From a virus (Duplodnaviria > Caudoviricetes), in IMG/VR virus record IMGVR_UViG_3300020045_010531, positions 1 to 33,153 of that record: DNA of 33,153 nt, one strand, 5' to 3'. Below the pieces are notes generated by a model that was given only the letters and a program-made list of their open reading frames with translations, had not been told where the DNA came from and did not search any database. Numbering within the stretch: the stretch's first letter is position 1; every line of letters starts with the position of its first letter. Positions 1 to 8,067 of the stretch are shown here, piece by piece. Position numbers and translations under genes: made by a program.

Positions 1-246
1 CTTTGTCCTGATCTCTGACAATCTCGGACGTGATTGCAGTGGAGCCTACATCTATTGGGTGATCTACATCTTTGATCGGCGATGATTCAAGGGCTGTCGC
101 GTTAGTAACAAGCTTATCGGTATCGGTTATGACATCAAATTGACCGTAGGCCCACTTTTGGCCCCATAGCATCGTTCCCCATTTCGTAGTGGTCTCTAGG
201 CCGTAGATTGGCAGCGTATTTGTGATAGTTTTGCTTAGATCCGCCA
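1..246. repeat. Inverted repeat, left copy (partner 3927..4172)
   Basis: Base-by-base comparison gives 246 bp with 4 mismatches, at codons 3, 18, 34 and 42 of the gene. The start codon also differs (ATG vs GTG). Confidence 0.95.
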
Positions 247-247
247 T
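1..247 (-). CDS. 5' part of a second copy of the 146-aa virion protein gene (HNH-containing allele), running off the window edge
   Basis: The reverse complement reads ATG GCG GAT CTA AGC AAA (MADLSKTITNTLPIYGLE...). Its ATG overlaps the HNH stop (TAATG). It is nearly identical to 3926..4172. Confidence 0.9.
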   Translation of the reverse strand, partial: MADLSKTITNTLPIYGLETTTKWGTMLWGQKWAYGQFDVITDTDKLVTNATALESSPIKDVDHPIDVGSTAITSEIVRDQDK

Positions 248-900
248 TATTCACTTTGCATTACTTTAAACTGTTTTCTTGCTCTGACCGCATTGACTGC
301 TTTCATTGCAGCAACCATTTCATCAAAGGAAAGAATATCGTTCTTCATTTTGTTACATTGCCAGCAACAGGGCACAACATTGTCTAAAGTATAACCATGT
401 TGATTGTCTTTTCGATCTAAGCCTGCGCCCATTTCATTGAGATTTCCATGGCAATAGTGACAACTTTGTTTTATAAATTCTCCAAATTTTTCATAAGAAA
501 TTGACCACTCCAGATTCCTTTGCTCGGCTCTCCGTCTTGCTCTTGTAAATCTATCTCGCTGGCTTCTTTGGGTTTTATCTCTTATCTGTTTGCAACGTAT
601 AGGGTTAGCTTTTGCCCAAGCTAGTGATTTTTCTCGATGTCTGTCAGGATTAGATTTGGCCCACGCTTTGCTTATTTCCGACTTCCTTAGTTTATTTTCT
701 TCTTTACCATGATAATCGCTTAAATAACATTTTCTGCATTTTCCGGATCTAGATCTGATATATATTTCTTCTTTGCATTCATTGCAGAACTTGGTTGGTT
801 TCTTTTTTTTTAGGCATACTCTTTTTACATAGCATGGGCGGCAGACACCGGAACGGTTCTTCTCAGAAACTTCTTTTTGGCAGTCTTGGCAATTTTTCAT
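247..900 (-). CDS. HNH-type (His-Me finger) endonuclease with N-terminal Cys-rich zinc ribbons; probable freestanding homing endonuclease
   Basis: C-terminal CHYC...GLDRKDNQHGYTLDNVVPCCWQCNKMK motif, four N-terminal CxxC pairs and very basic composition. It is absent from the second allele at 3917-3926. Confidence 0.85.
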   Translation of the reverse strand: MKNCQDCQKEVSEKNRSGVCRPCYVKRVCLKKKKPTKFCNECKEEIYIRSRSGKCRKCYLSDYHGKEENKLRKSEISKAWAKSNPDRHREKSLAWAKANPIRCKQIRDKTQRSQRDRFTRARRRAEQRNLEWSISYEKFGEFIKQSCHYCHGNLNEMGAGLDRKDNQHGYTLDNVVPCCWQCNKMKNDILSFDEMVAAMKAVNAVRARKQFKVMQSE

Positions 901-910
901 GATGACATCA

Positions 911-1393
911 TTAACCTATCGTAATTCTTGTGGTGACAGTTAATGTATCACTTGCGGATTTATTAATCACGCTTTCGGTGTCCCTGCTGAACATTTGGCC
1001 AGAAGTCGATGATGTGAAAAGTCCGTACTCGGCAATTGCTCCTGTTCCAGAACCAGCGGCGAATGTGGTAACAACTTGCCAAATCGCTGAGGAGACAAAA
1101 GAAACAACTCCGGACTGCCGAATAAGCTCGGCACCCAAAGCCGTGTTACTTGCCGCTTCGGCTGTTGCATCGGTGCCAATAGCAATATGGCGCATCAAAA
1201 ACGTACCGCCAGAGTTAGCAGCTGCAACCAAGAACGTAGCTAAATAAGCTTTTCCGGTCTCAGTAATGACGTTCTTGCCCGAAACTTGCGTTTTGATGTT
1301 GCCAAACTCATCAGTTAAAACGGCACTCCATCGCCCAACTAGCGACGCTTCATGCTCATCTCTAATCAATGATTTGTAGGTCTGTTCAATCAT
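911..1393 (-). CDS. Virion structural protein, tail-collar/fibre-attachment-like domain
   Basis: NVITETGKAYLA...IAIGTD...NTALGAEL.R...IAEYGLF pattern typical of phage tail-collar-like domains; lies in the structural operon. Confidence 0.6.
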   Translation of the reverse strand: MIEQTYKSLIRDEHEASLVGRWSAVLTDEFGNIKTQVSGKNVITETGKAYLATFLVAAANSGGTFLMRHIAIGTDATAEAASNTALGAELIRQSGVVSFVSSAIWQVVTTFAAGSGTGAIAEYGLFTSSTSGQMFSRDTESVINKSASDTLTVTTRITIG

Positions 1394-1401
1394 TTTGACC
1401 C

Positions 1402-1839
1402 CTAGCTTGCTTCTTGCAGTTCGTCGGGTTCTTTCTTGGTTCTTTTTGGCTTCGTTTTTTTGTCGGCTTCGATTTGTTCAAGTGCCGCGTCTTCATCATC
1501 GAAACTGGCGCGATGTTGATCCAAGCTATGGCCGTTTAGCTCCCACTTGTTAGATGCAACATAGCCGCAAAGCATACAAACGTAGTTGCCAGACTTGGCT
1601 TTGTTTTCTCGCAGGGCTCTAACCCTTTTGAGATCATCCTCATCAATCTTCAATTTCTTGAAAGACTGAGGCGTTTGCTGGTTGTTAGCATCAAACTGCA
1701 TGGGAAACATGCGCTTGACTAGCTTGTTTGCGTCGTCTTCTTCAAGCTCAATGTATCCACCCGCCTTTATCTTGTATTCATCATCACCGATCTTTTGCTT
1801 GAAATCGTAGATATTCAGATTGTGAACTTTCACTAGCAT
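1402..1839 (-). CDS. Hypothetical protein with a C2H2 zinc finger
   Basis: CMLC-x12-H-x4-H motif; tightly packed in the operon. Confidence 0.6.
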   Translation of the reverse strand: MLVKVHNLNIYDFKQKIGDDEYKIKAGGYIELEEDDANKLVKRMFPMQFDANNQQTPQSFKKLKIDEDDLKRVRALRENKAKSGNYVCMLCGYVASNKWELNGHSLDQHRASFDDEDAALEQIEADKKTKPKRTKKEPDELQEAS

Positions 1840-1849
1840 AAAAAATCCT

Positions 1850-2200
1850 TTAAAGAGAAATGCCTAAAACCGTGAACGTTGGTGAAGTCGCCGTTATCGA
1901 TGGGACTTGAATTTTTAAGTACTGCGCGTTTAGGATCGACAAAGGCACGAAACAGTTGGTAACAGCGCTGCTTATGCTAACTTGAACGGGTGTCGGCGTT
2001 GCTGCTACTGGCTCATGGTATAAACTGCGATAGGTTCCGCTTAGTGACTCGCAAATAAAAACGTTTACGTTGGTGCCCGATGCTATGACAGGGATTCCAA
2101 GCAAGACTTTGTCGCAAGCCAAGCCGAGGTCAATGGCTGAGCTAAGGCTAACCCCCGAAGCGATGTTGATACTAGTAGGCAAAGCCCTATGGTAGGCCAT
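1850..2200 (-). CDS. Small beta-rich protein, probably virion-associated
   Basis: S/T/V/I-rich 116 aa; GGGGAG SD; operon context. Confidence 0.5.
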   Translation of the reverse strand: MAYHRALPTSINIASGVSLSSAIDLGLACDKVLLGIPVIASGTNVNVFICESLSGTYRSLYHEPVAATPTPVQVSISSAVTNCFVPLSILNAQYLKIQVPSITATSPTFTVLGISL

Positions 2201-2201
2201 A

Positions 2202-2471
2202 TTATCTCCCCAATACTTGCAAGAGGAAGGTATCCCCGCTAGCGACGCCTGAAATCTGGATGCTGCCGTTAGCTACTGCGGAAGCTGCACCAGTGTTGCG
2301 TTTAAATCCCCCGGAAGCACTCGCCATGGAAACAGGTTGCAGAAATGTCCCATGGATGAATTGCAAACCAGTTGCAACTACTCCGCTAACGGCATCGGCA
2401 GTTATGCTTAAAACTTGCACTCGGTCGTTTCCGAAAACTGTTTGATGAACTACGGATTGATCAAAGGCCAT
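2202..2471 (-). CDS. Small virion (decoration/head-fibre-like) protein
   Basis: A/S/G/V-rich 89 aa; operon context. Confidence 0.5.
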   Translation of the reverse strand: MAFDQSVVHQTVFGNDRVQVLSITADAVSGVVATGLQFIHGTFLQPVSMASASGGFKRNTGAASAVANGSIQISGVASGDTFLLQVLGR

Positions 2472-2480
2472 GCTGCACCC

Positions 2481-3497
2481 CTAATAGAGTATTTTGTTAA
2501 TAGGCTCCGAAGGCTTTTCACATGCCTCCTTGATTGATTCGCAAAAATTTAATTGATTCATGAAATCCATAAGCGGCATCTGGACGATGGCCCGGATGTT
2601 GCCATGAGGGTAGGAGCCTAAAGCCCCGCCTTCTGTGCAGTTGACCATCCATTGGCCTGGTATGATGCTCGCTAACCATTCCATGTGTAATTTAAAATTG
2701 TGGTAGCTTGGCCAAGTTGGGCACTTGATCCCGAAAACATCGGTTACAGGAATTACCTGGCCTAATTGTCCGTCAAGCTCACTCTTCCAGGGGTAAAAGC
2801 TGCGTTTATTGTGGCCAAAGCAGTAATCAGCACCAACAATCCCCACACGATGCACCCCGCAAATTGCTTTAGCAATGTATACGCAAGCTCCAAGTACGTT
2901 CCCCCCGCTGGTTACCATGACGTGGAAAGGCTCAACCTCTGCAAGAGTTTCGTCCCATTGTTTATCTGGGATTGCCGCAGTAAAGACATAAATCTCACCC
3001 TGCCATTTTCTGAAAAGGTCGGGATGAGATCCGATAAAAGCAACTAGCTTCTTGTCTTTGGTCTTTTCCCAGTAGCTTTCGGCGGGTTCTTTCCCACCTG
3101 CGCTTAGCTCTGGAATGACTACTTGCCCGGCATCAAGCGAAACATAAAATTCTGCGTTTATGCCGTTGTCTTCCATGAATGCGAAATTGTGCAAACATGA
3201 AAAAAGCGGGATCTGGCCCTTTTTAGCTAAAAACGATCCGTTATAGCCCAAACTCGGACCAGAACCCGCACAAATCGCGGACCCGTAAAGGTACTTGCCA
3301 AATAGTTTCCCAGCGCTGTGTTTGGCAAATGATCCGAGAGTTTTCTTGTTCTCTCGGACGTTATCGCACCAAGCTTTGCGCCAATAGTCCACCGTCACGG
3401 TGTCACTAGAGCAAGCCGCTTGATGCATTTGCTCAACCTGCATGGGCGGGTGATCAATATAATTTTGATAATCCGCAACTACTTCAAGAACCCTCAC
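2481..3497 (-). CDS. Maf/DUF115 (MAF_flag10, MptE-like) family protein; putative glycosyltransferase
   Basis: AICAGSGPSL, FYVSLDAG, SGGNV...IAKAICG..RVGIVGADYCF and VNCTEGGA motifs occur in the family's order. GTG start with GGGGG SD. Confidence 0.75.
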   Translation of the reverse strand: MRVLEVVADYQNYIDHPPMQVEQMHQAACSSDTVTVDYWRKAWCDNVRENKKTLGSFAKHSAGKLFGKYLYGSAICAGSGPSLGYNGSFLAKKGQIPLFSCLHNFAFMEDNGINAEFYVSLDAGQVVIPELSAGGKEPAESYWEKTKDKKLVAFIGSHPDLFRKWQGEIYVFTAAIPDKQWDETLAEVEPFHVMVTSGGNVLGACVYIAKAICGVHRVGIVGADYCFGHNKRSFYPWKSELDGQLGQVIPVTDVFGIKCPTWPSYHNFKLHMEWLASIIPGQWMVNCTEGGALGSYPHGNIRAIVQMPLMDFMNQLNFCESIKEACEKPSEPINKILY

Positions 3498-3510
3498 AAA
3501 TCCCCCAAGA

Positions 3511-3900
3511 TTAAATAGTTATCCAGGCAGTACCCGAAGCGTTAGACGCGATGGCCTGCATTGCCTTAGCGATTGGACGACCAGCCAAAGCTGAATCGGT
3601 CGCCAAGGATTGACGAATAAATGCCCCAGCTGTGCCAAGGACAAGCATGTCACCAGCTGCGCAAGAGACAGTGGAAGCCATTTGCACCTGAGAAAATCCT
3701 TCGGTTAGCACCCAGCCATAAGCCGAAGCTGAAAGGATAGCGTTTCTGACCACACCGACGCACAAATCAGCGTTGATGGTAGAAGAAACGACACAGGTAT
3801 AACCAGACACTGCGCTCATAACTACGCCGTAGCCAACAGCAGCAGCACCGGTTCCGCCGTTGTAAACGTAACGATAGGTGTTGCCGTCTACCGTTACGAC
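3511..3900 (-). CDS. Capsid cement/decoration-like protein, 5'-truncated at the inversion junction
   Basis: DGNTYRYVY...VGVV...YGWVLTEG...AAGDML pattern typical of genes following the major capsid gene. The N-terminus of ORF 3511..3951 is antisense read-through from the other allele. Confidence 0.6.
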   Translation of the reverse strand, partial: VVTVDGNTYRYVYNGGTGAAAVGYGVVMSAVSGYTCVVSSTINADLCVGVVRNAILSASAYGWVLTEGFSQVQMASTVSCAAGDMLVLGTAGAFIRQSLATDSALAGRPIAKAMQAIASNASGTAWITI

Positions 3901-3919
3901 ACGAATTACGATTGGGTGA
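3890..3919 (+). pseudogene. Last 9 codons plus stop of a second allele of gene 911..1393
   Basis: ACC GTT ACG ACA CGA ATT ACG ATT GGG TGA encodes TVTTRITIG*, the same peptide as the C-terminus of the 160-aa protein, with 7 silent changes in 30 nt. Confidence 0.9.
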
Positions 3920-3925
3920 TGATGA

Positions 3926-4366
3926 GTGGCGGACCTAAGCAAAACTATCACAAATACGCTGCCAATCTACGGCCTAGATACCACTACGAAATGGGGAACG
4001 ATGCTATGGGGCCAAAAGTGGGCCTATGGTCAATTTGATGTCATAACCGACACCGATAAGCTTGTTACTAACGCGACAGCCCTTGAATCATCGCCGATCA
4101 AAGATGTAGATCACCCAATAGATGTAGGCTCCACTGCAATCACGTCCGAGATTGTCAGAGATCAGGACAAAGTCATAGATTCCGGGTCAACCTCGATAAG
4201 TTCATCGATCTATCGAGTAACTTTGATGGATGCCGCGGGTTACTTTTATGTTTTCATCGGCGGTTCGACAAATGCCAGCGATAGGCCCGGAACAGCGTAC
4301 ACTAATCCTAGTGATCCATCATCAATCTGGACTGAGGTTTCTTCACAATCAACGAGTTGGAGTTAG
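3926..4366 (+). CDS. Virion structural protein with WG motif and ~19-aa internal repeats
   Basis: KWGTMLWGQKW; repeats IKDVDHPIDVGSTAITSEI / VRDQDKVIDSGSTSISSSI. Differences from the second copy are mostly silent. Confidence 0.7.
   Translation: MADLSKTITNTLPIYGLDTTTKWGTMLWGQKWAYGQFDVITDTDKLVTNATALESSPIKDVDHPIDVGSTAITSEIVRDQDKVIDSGSTSISSSIYRVTLMDAAGYFYVFIGGSTNASDRPGTAYTNPSDPSSIWTEVSSQSTSWS
3927..4172. repeat. Inverted repeat, right copy (partner 1..246)
   Basis: Position n of the window pairs with 4173-n for n=1..246. Confidence 0.95.
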
Positions 4367-4369
4367 ACC

Positions 4370-5020
4370 TTGAACCCAAGCCAACTACAAGCCGCGGCAA
4401 GACGCAAATATAACTCAACCGGTGATACATTTTTCGACGATGACGAGTTTTTTCAGCTGATTTATGACGCGGAATGCCAGCTAGCCACTGAAGCTATGGT
4501 TATCGAAAACCGTTATACGACTACCTCGGTTGCTTCCCAACGTGAATATGCATACCCAACGCGTACTATTGCTATCAAAATCGTCTATTTTGACGGTGAA
4601 AAGTTGCAATATAGCAATTTTCGGGAAGATGACACGCTTACAATCAACGATTCTAGCTCTACGCAGACCGGAACCCCTGCTTTTTATCAGACTTGGGAAC
4701 GCACGATATTTTTAAGGCCAGTTCCATCGACTGCGGCGCTAGATATCGACCTATATACCTACGATTTGCCGAATTTGCAGACATCGGGGACGGCAACGCT
4801 AGATACCCCAACGGTTTATCACAATGACATCGTGCATTACCTTGTTGCGCATATGGCAGCGAAGGACGGAAACACCAAACTATCAGATTATTACCTTGGC
4901 TTGTGGTTGCGGTCTGTACAGCGAGCCAAGGCTTGGAAGATGAAAGAGAAGAGTTCGGACGGTCCTCGCCGGGTCCGTGATGAGTCTGAAATGCAACAGA
5001 GCTGGCTGGGGATGCGATGA
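4370..5020 (+). CDS. Head-tail adaptor protein
   Basis: GTPAFY...IFLRPVP...P.VYH..IVHYLV pattern of podovirus adaptor proteins; directly before the nozzle gene. Confidence 0.7.
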   Translation: MNPSQLQAAARRKYNSTGDTFFDDDEFFQLIYDAECQLATEAMVIENRYTTTSVASQREYAYPTRTIAIKIVYFDGEKLQYSNFREDDTLTINDSSSTQTGTPAFYQTWERTIFLRPVPSTAALDIDLYTYDLPNLQTSGTATLDTPTVYHNDIVHYLVAHMAAKDGNTKLSDYYLGLWLRSVQRAKAWKMKEKSSDGPRRVRDESEMQQSWLGMR

Positions 5021-6909
5021 CCAACTTTTATGACAGAACATACCCGCCTACTGGTCGTGTTTTGTGCGATGGCGGTTTAGATACTAAGTTCCAAAGGACG
5101 ATCATCCCGGACAACGAAAGTCCGAGTTGCGCCAACGTCGTTTTTGAAAATGGCACAGTTGGAACCCGTGGCGGTACGACAGCCCTTGCCGCTTCGGTTG
5201 GCTCTTTTGCAGTCCAGGGGCTTTACACTAGACACCTCAACGACGGCTCGGAAAATCTCCTGATGTGGGCTAGTACCAACCTCTATAACTACGCTTCGGC
5301 TGTTTTCACAATGGTATCAGGCTCCACTGGTGTTTTTGTCTCTGGGTCGAGAATTGGCGCGGCTGAGTACGAAAATTATCTGTTTATGGGACAATCGGGG
5401 GTATCGGCTCCCTACAAATACAACGGCCAGCTGACCCGGCATGGCGTCCCTCAGCCTGTTTCAGCGCTTTCTGTACTCAGTACCAGCACTGGGCTACTCA
5501 ATGGAGCTTATTCTTGGGTGTACACCAACGTTAACTCAAACGTCGTTGAGGGTGATGTCAGCACGGCGATTAGTGCATCGATCACAAACGGCCAAGTTAC
5601 CGTTACGGTGCCAACTTCGGTAGCCAGCTTCGGGGTAGCGTCTAGAAAGCTGTACCGTACAGTAACCAGCGGGGTGTCCTACAAACTCGTTGCGACGATT
5701 AGCGACAACACTACCACAACCTACGTGGACAACATCGCCGATGCTAGCTTGGGTGCCACAGCCCCCACTGACCAGGGCGAACCGCCGCAGTACACGGTCA
5801 TCAAAGAACACGCGAATAGGCTCTTTTGCAACGATACCTCAGCGCTAAATTTCATTTGGTACTCCGAGCTTGCCAACCCTTACGTGTTTAAAGCCACAAG
5901 CTTCATTCGGTTGGGTGATAACTCTGGCGATTTGGTCCGTGTCATCGATGTCTTTGACAATGGGATTGTCGTTTTTTGCGCCATGTTTTCATACATTGTA
6001 TATATGCCCGACACTGACCCGACAAACTGGCTAGTTTTGCGAGCCAGGACATCATTCGGTAGCAGATCGCCCTACGGATCCGTACCGTTTGACAATAAGG
6101 TGATGTTTGCCGCCACTGAAGCCGGAAAGTTTATCGGATTTGCCACCCTGGCCGGGGATACCGTTGAACCTAGCTCCACATTCCTGACTGTTTCAACGGC
6201 GGGCTCAGAAACCCAAAGCGATGCCATTGAGCCAGACATGTTTGAAGTCCAAGAGGCGTTCTTGGGTAACGTCTCGGCTATCTCGTTTAAAAGTCGGCTG
6301 TATTTTGCCGTTACCTATCAGAGTCCCAACACCCAAAACAATCGGATTTATGTCTATGACTATGGGATTTCTAACCTCTCAAAAAGCAAACGCGGGGCAT
6401 GGGTGCCTTATACCGGTTTAAATGCGTCCCAGTTCGCAATCTATGACGGCAAGCTCTACTATGGGGAGTCCACCGCCACGGGCTTAGTGAAGCAATTAGA
6501 GACGACGAGTTATAATGACAATGGCGCGGCGATAAATAGTTACTACGAAACAAAAGAATTTTCTGGCCGTGGCAACGAAGAAGATTTGCAGAAAGATTTT
6601 CGGACGATTCAGCTGCTTTTTGACAAGCCTGGCGATTATTTTATGACTATGCGCACAAAATTGGACTCTGATTTAGGGGTTGGCGATCCGACAACGATAG
6701 ATCTCTCGACGCCAAACGACACTTGGGGAAATTTCCTCTGGGGAACTGGTATCTGGGGAAGCGGAAAAGAGTTTGAAGACAAGCGAATCTTTTTGGGCAA
6801 AAAGGGCGGCAAGAGGATCGCTTTTAGGTTTGATAATCAAAACGTAGCTAATCAGCGCTTTAAGGTGCATGGCTTTCGATTCACATACAACATCAAAGGA
6901 AAACGCTAA
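5017..6909 (+). CDS. Tail nozzle / head-stabilisation protein (P22 gp10-like)
   Basis: 630 aa, beta-rich; N-terminal GGL...IPDNESP...NV.F..G....RGG; C-terminal WGNFLWGTGIWG; follows the adaptor. Confidence 0.75.
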   Translation: MTNFYDRTYPPTGRVLCDGGLDTKFQRTIIPDNESPSCANVVFENGTVGTRGGTTALAASVGSFAVQGLYTRHLNDGSENLLMWASTNLYNYASAVFTMVSGSTGVFVSGSRIGAAEYENYLFMGQSGVSAPYKYNGQLTRHGVPQPVSALSVLSTSTGLLNGAYSWVYTNVNSNVVEGDVSTAISASITNGQVTVTVPTSVASFGVASRKLYRTVTSGVSYKLVATISDNTTTTYVDNIADASLGATAPTDQGEPPQYTVIKEHANRLFCNDTSALNFIWYSELANPYVFKATSFIRLGDNSGDLVRVIDVFDNGIVVFCAMFSYIVYMPDTDPTNWLVLRARTSFGSRSPYGSVPFDNKVMFAATEAGKFIGFATLAGDTVEPSSTFLTVSTAGSETQSDAIEPDMFEVQEAFLGNVSAISFKSRLYFAVTYQSPNTQNNRIYVYDYGISNLSKSKRGAWVPYTGLNASQFAIYDGKLYYGESTATGLVKQLETTSYNDNGAAINSYYETKEFSGRGNEEDLQKDFRTIQLLFDKPGDYFMTMRTKLDSDLGVGDPTTIDLSTPNDTWGNFLWGTGIWGSGKEFEDKRIFLGKKGGKRIAFRFDNQNVANQRFKVHGFRFTYNIKGKR

Positions 6910-7610
6910 TGGCTACCTACGATGAACAGATGGCAGGACAATTCGACTACGCAAGAAAAAGAGCCAAACAACAATCTCAAACACAAACCGATCTTGAAAA
7001 AGAGGGTTTAAAAAGGCGATTTGCCGCTTTGGGTCAAGTAAACTCTGGCTCCGCCATCAAACTTGAAAACCAAGTAGATCAGCGCGCCAACCAGATTTTA
7101 GAGGATGCTAATCAAAATATTGATGCGGCACAAAGAGCCGAGGGTACCAGGAGGGCGGAAGTTGTCGAGGGGCGCGACTTTGCAGCAAATCAAGCCGATC
7201 TCCAAAGGAAGTATTTGACTGCTGAAAGGGAAGCGGCGCAAGGCTTCAATAAAAATCTCTTTGATATTCAATTTGAATACACCAAGGGACTAGACGCCGA
7301 GAAGTTGGGGATGGCAAACAAACAATTTGAAGAATCAATCAAGCAATGGCGAGAAATGTTTGAGGAAGAAAAACGTGTGAATGCTGCCAATGCTGAAGCA
7401 GTTGCTGACGCCAATAAACCTGATGCGCAATGGAACCCTTCTTGGTGGTTTGGGGGAGAAAACCCACTGGACCCTAGCAATATAGGTGATAAATTCAGCC
7501 AATTTGGGACAACCCCAGAGCTTGCGGCAATCGGGATTTATGGTTTGCCAGGAATCGCAGCGCAAAAAACTGGCGTAACTGACAAGGTCAAGAGCCTTTT
7601 TAAGAGGTAA
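6909..7610 (+). CDS. Putative internal virion (ejection) protein
   Basis: Q/E/A-rich and helical; position after the nozzle; TAATG coupling. Confidence 0.55.
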   Translation: MATYDEQMAGQFDYARKRAKQQSQTQTDLEKEGLKRRFAALGQVNSGSAIKLENQVDQRANQILEDANQNIDAAQRAEGTRRAEVVEGRDFAANQADLQRKYLTAEREAAQGFNKNLFDIQFEYTKGLDAEKLGMANKQFEESIKQWREMFEEEKRVNAANAEAVADANKPDAQWNPSWWFGGENPLDPSNIGDKFSQFGTTPELAAIGIYGLPGIAAQKTGVTDKVKSLFKR

Positions 7611-7617
7611 CAAAATA

Positions 7618-8058
7618 ATGGCGCAGGTAGTAGCCCCGCAAAATCGTAAAGATAACAAGTCTAATCTACTCCCTACTATCGGCACTATCGGGGGCGCTGT
7701 TATCGGGGGCGTCCTTACAGGTGGAGCCGGTGCGCCAGCGGGTGCCGCCATTGGGGGTGCATCGCTCGGGGCTGGTCTTGGTGGTGCAGCTGGTACGCTT
7801 GGCGCTAATTTTTCATCTAACGAAAAGCCGGGAGTTTCACTAATTGAAAACCAAGGTGTTCGCGCCAATTTAGCCCGAACGGATGTTGAGTCTATCGGTA
7901 TGGACCGGAGAATGAGCCAGATCGACAACGATCCTTTAGAAGCTATCCGACAGGCCCAAATGGCTATCAATGCTTTACCTCCAGAGCAAATTCCTCAGAC
8001 AAGAGCAGCGCTAAATGATGCATATTCTTTGGCCAAACGGAACCAATCTTATACCTAG
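7618..8058 (+). CDS. Putative ejection/pilot protein with glycine zipper
   Basis: Long GxxxG-rich hydrophobic tract (GTIGGAVIGG...GAAIGGASLGAGLGG). Confidence 0.6.
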   Translation: MAQVVAPQNRKDNKSNLLPTIGTIGGAVIGGVLTGGAGAPAGAAIGGASLGAGLGGAAGTLGANFSSNEKPGVSLIENQGVRANLARTDVESIGMDRRMSQIDNDPLEAIRQAQMAINALPPEQIPQTRAALNDAYSLAKRNQSYT

Positions 8059-8067
8059 AGGGTTAAA

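Noticed and set aside
2481-3497. Auxiliary metabolic gene for pterin synthesis (MptE)
   Set aside because: The family name is shared, but no folate or pterin genes are nearby and the context is virion structural.
3917-3925. TGA TGA TGA as a sign of stop-codon recoding
   Set aside because: It is one stop plus a 6-nt spacer. Genes across the window are intact under the standard code and end in all three stop codons.
3901-3951. N-terminus MIVLLRSATHHHPIVIR of ORF 3511..3951
   Set aside because: It is antisense read-through of the other allele; HHH is simply the reverse complement of TGATGATG. It is not a real start.
1-4172. Programmed invertible segment (Gin/Cin or shufflon type) bounded by the 246-bp inverted repeat
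   Set aside because: No invertase is present, the repeat is ordinary coding sequence, and the junction truncates two genes. Two alleles joined in a chimera explain it better.
3927-4172. Diversity-generating retroelement TR/VR pair
   Set aside because: There is no reverse transcriptase. The mismatches are few, mostly silent third-position changes and not confined to adenines of one copy.
7335-7970. 211-aa minus-strand ORF and other shadow ORFs (e.g. 930..1247, 4659..5024, 9206..9463, 23891..24217, 30246..30635)
   Set aside because: They lie antisense or out of frame to well-supported genes and show no motifs.
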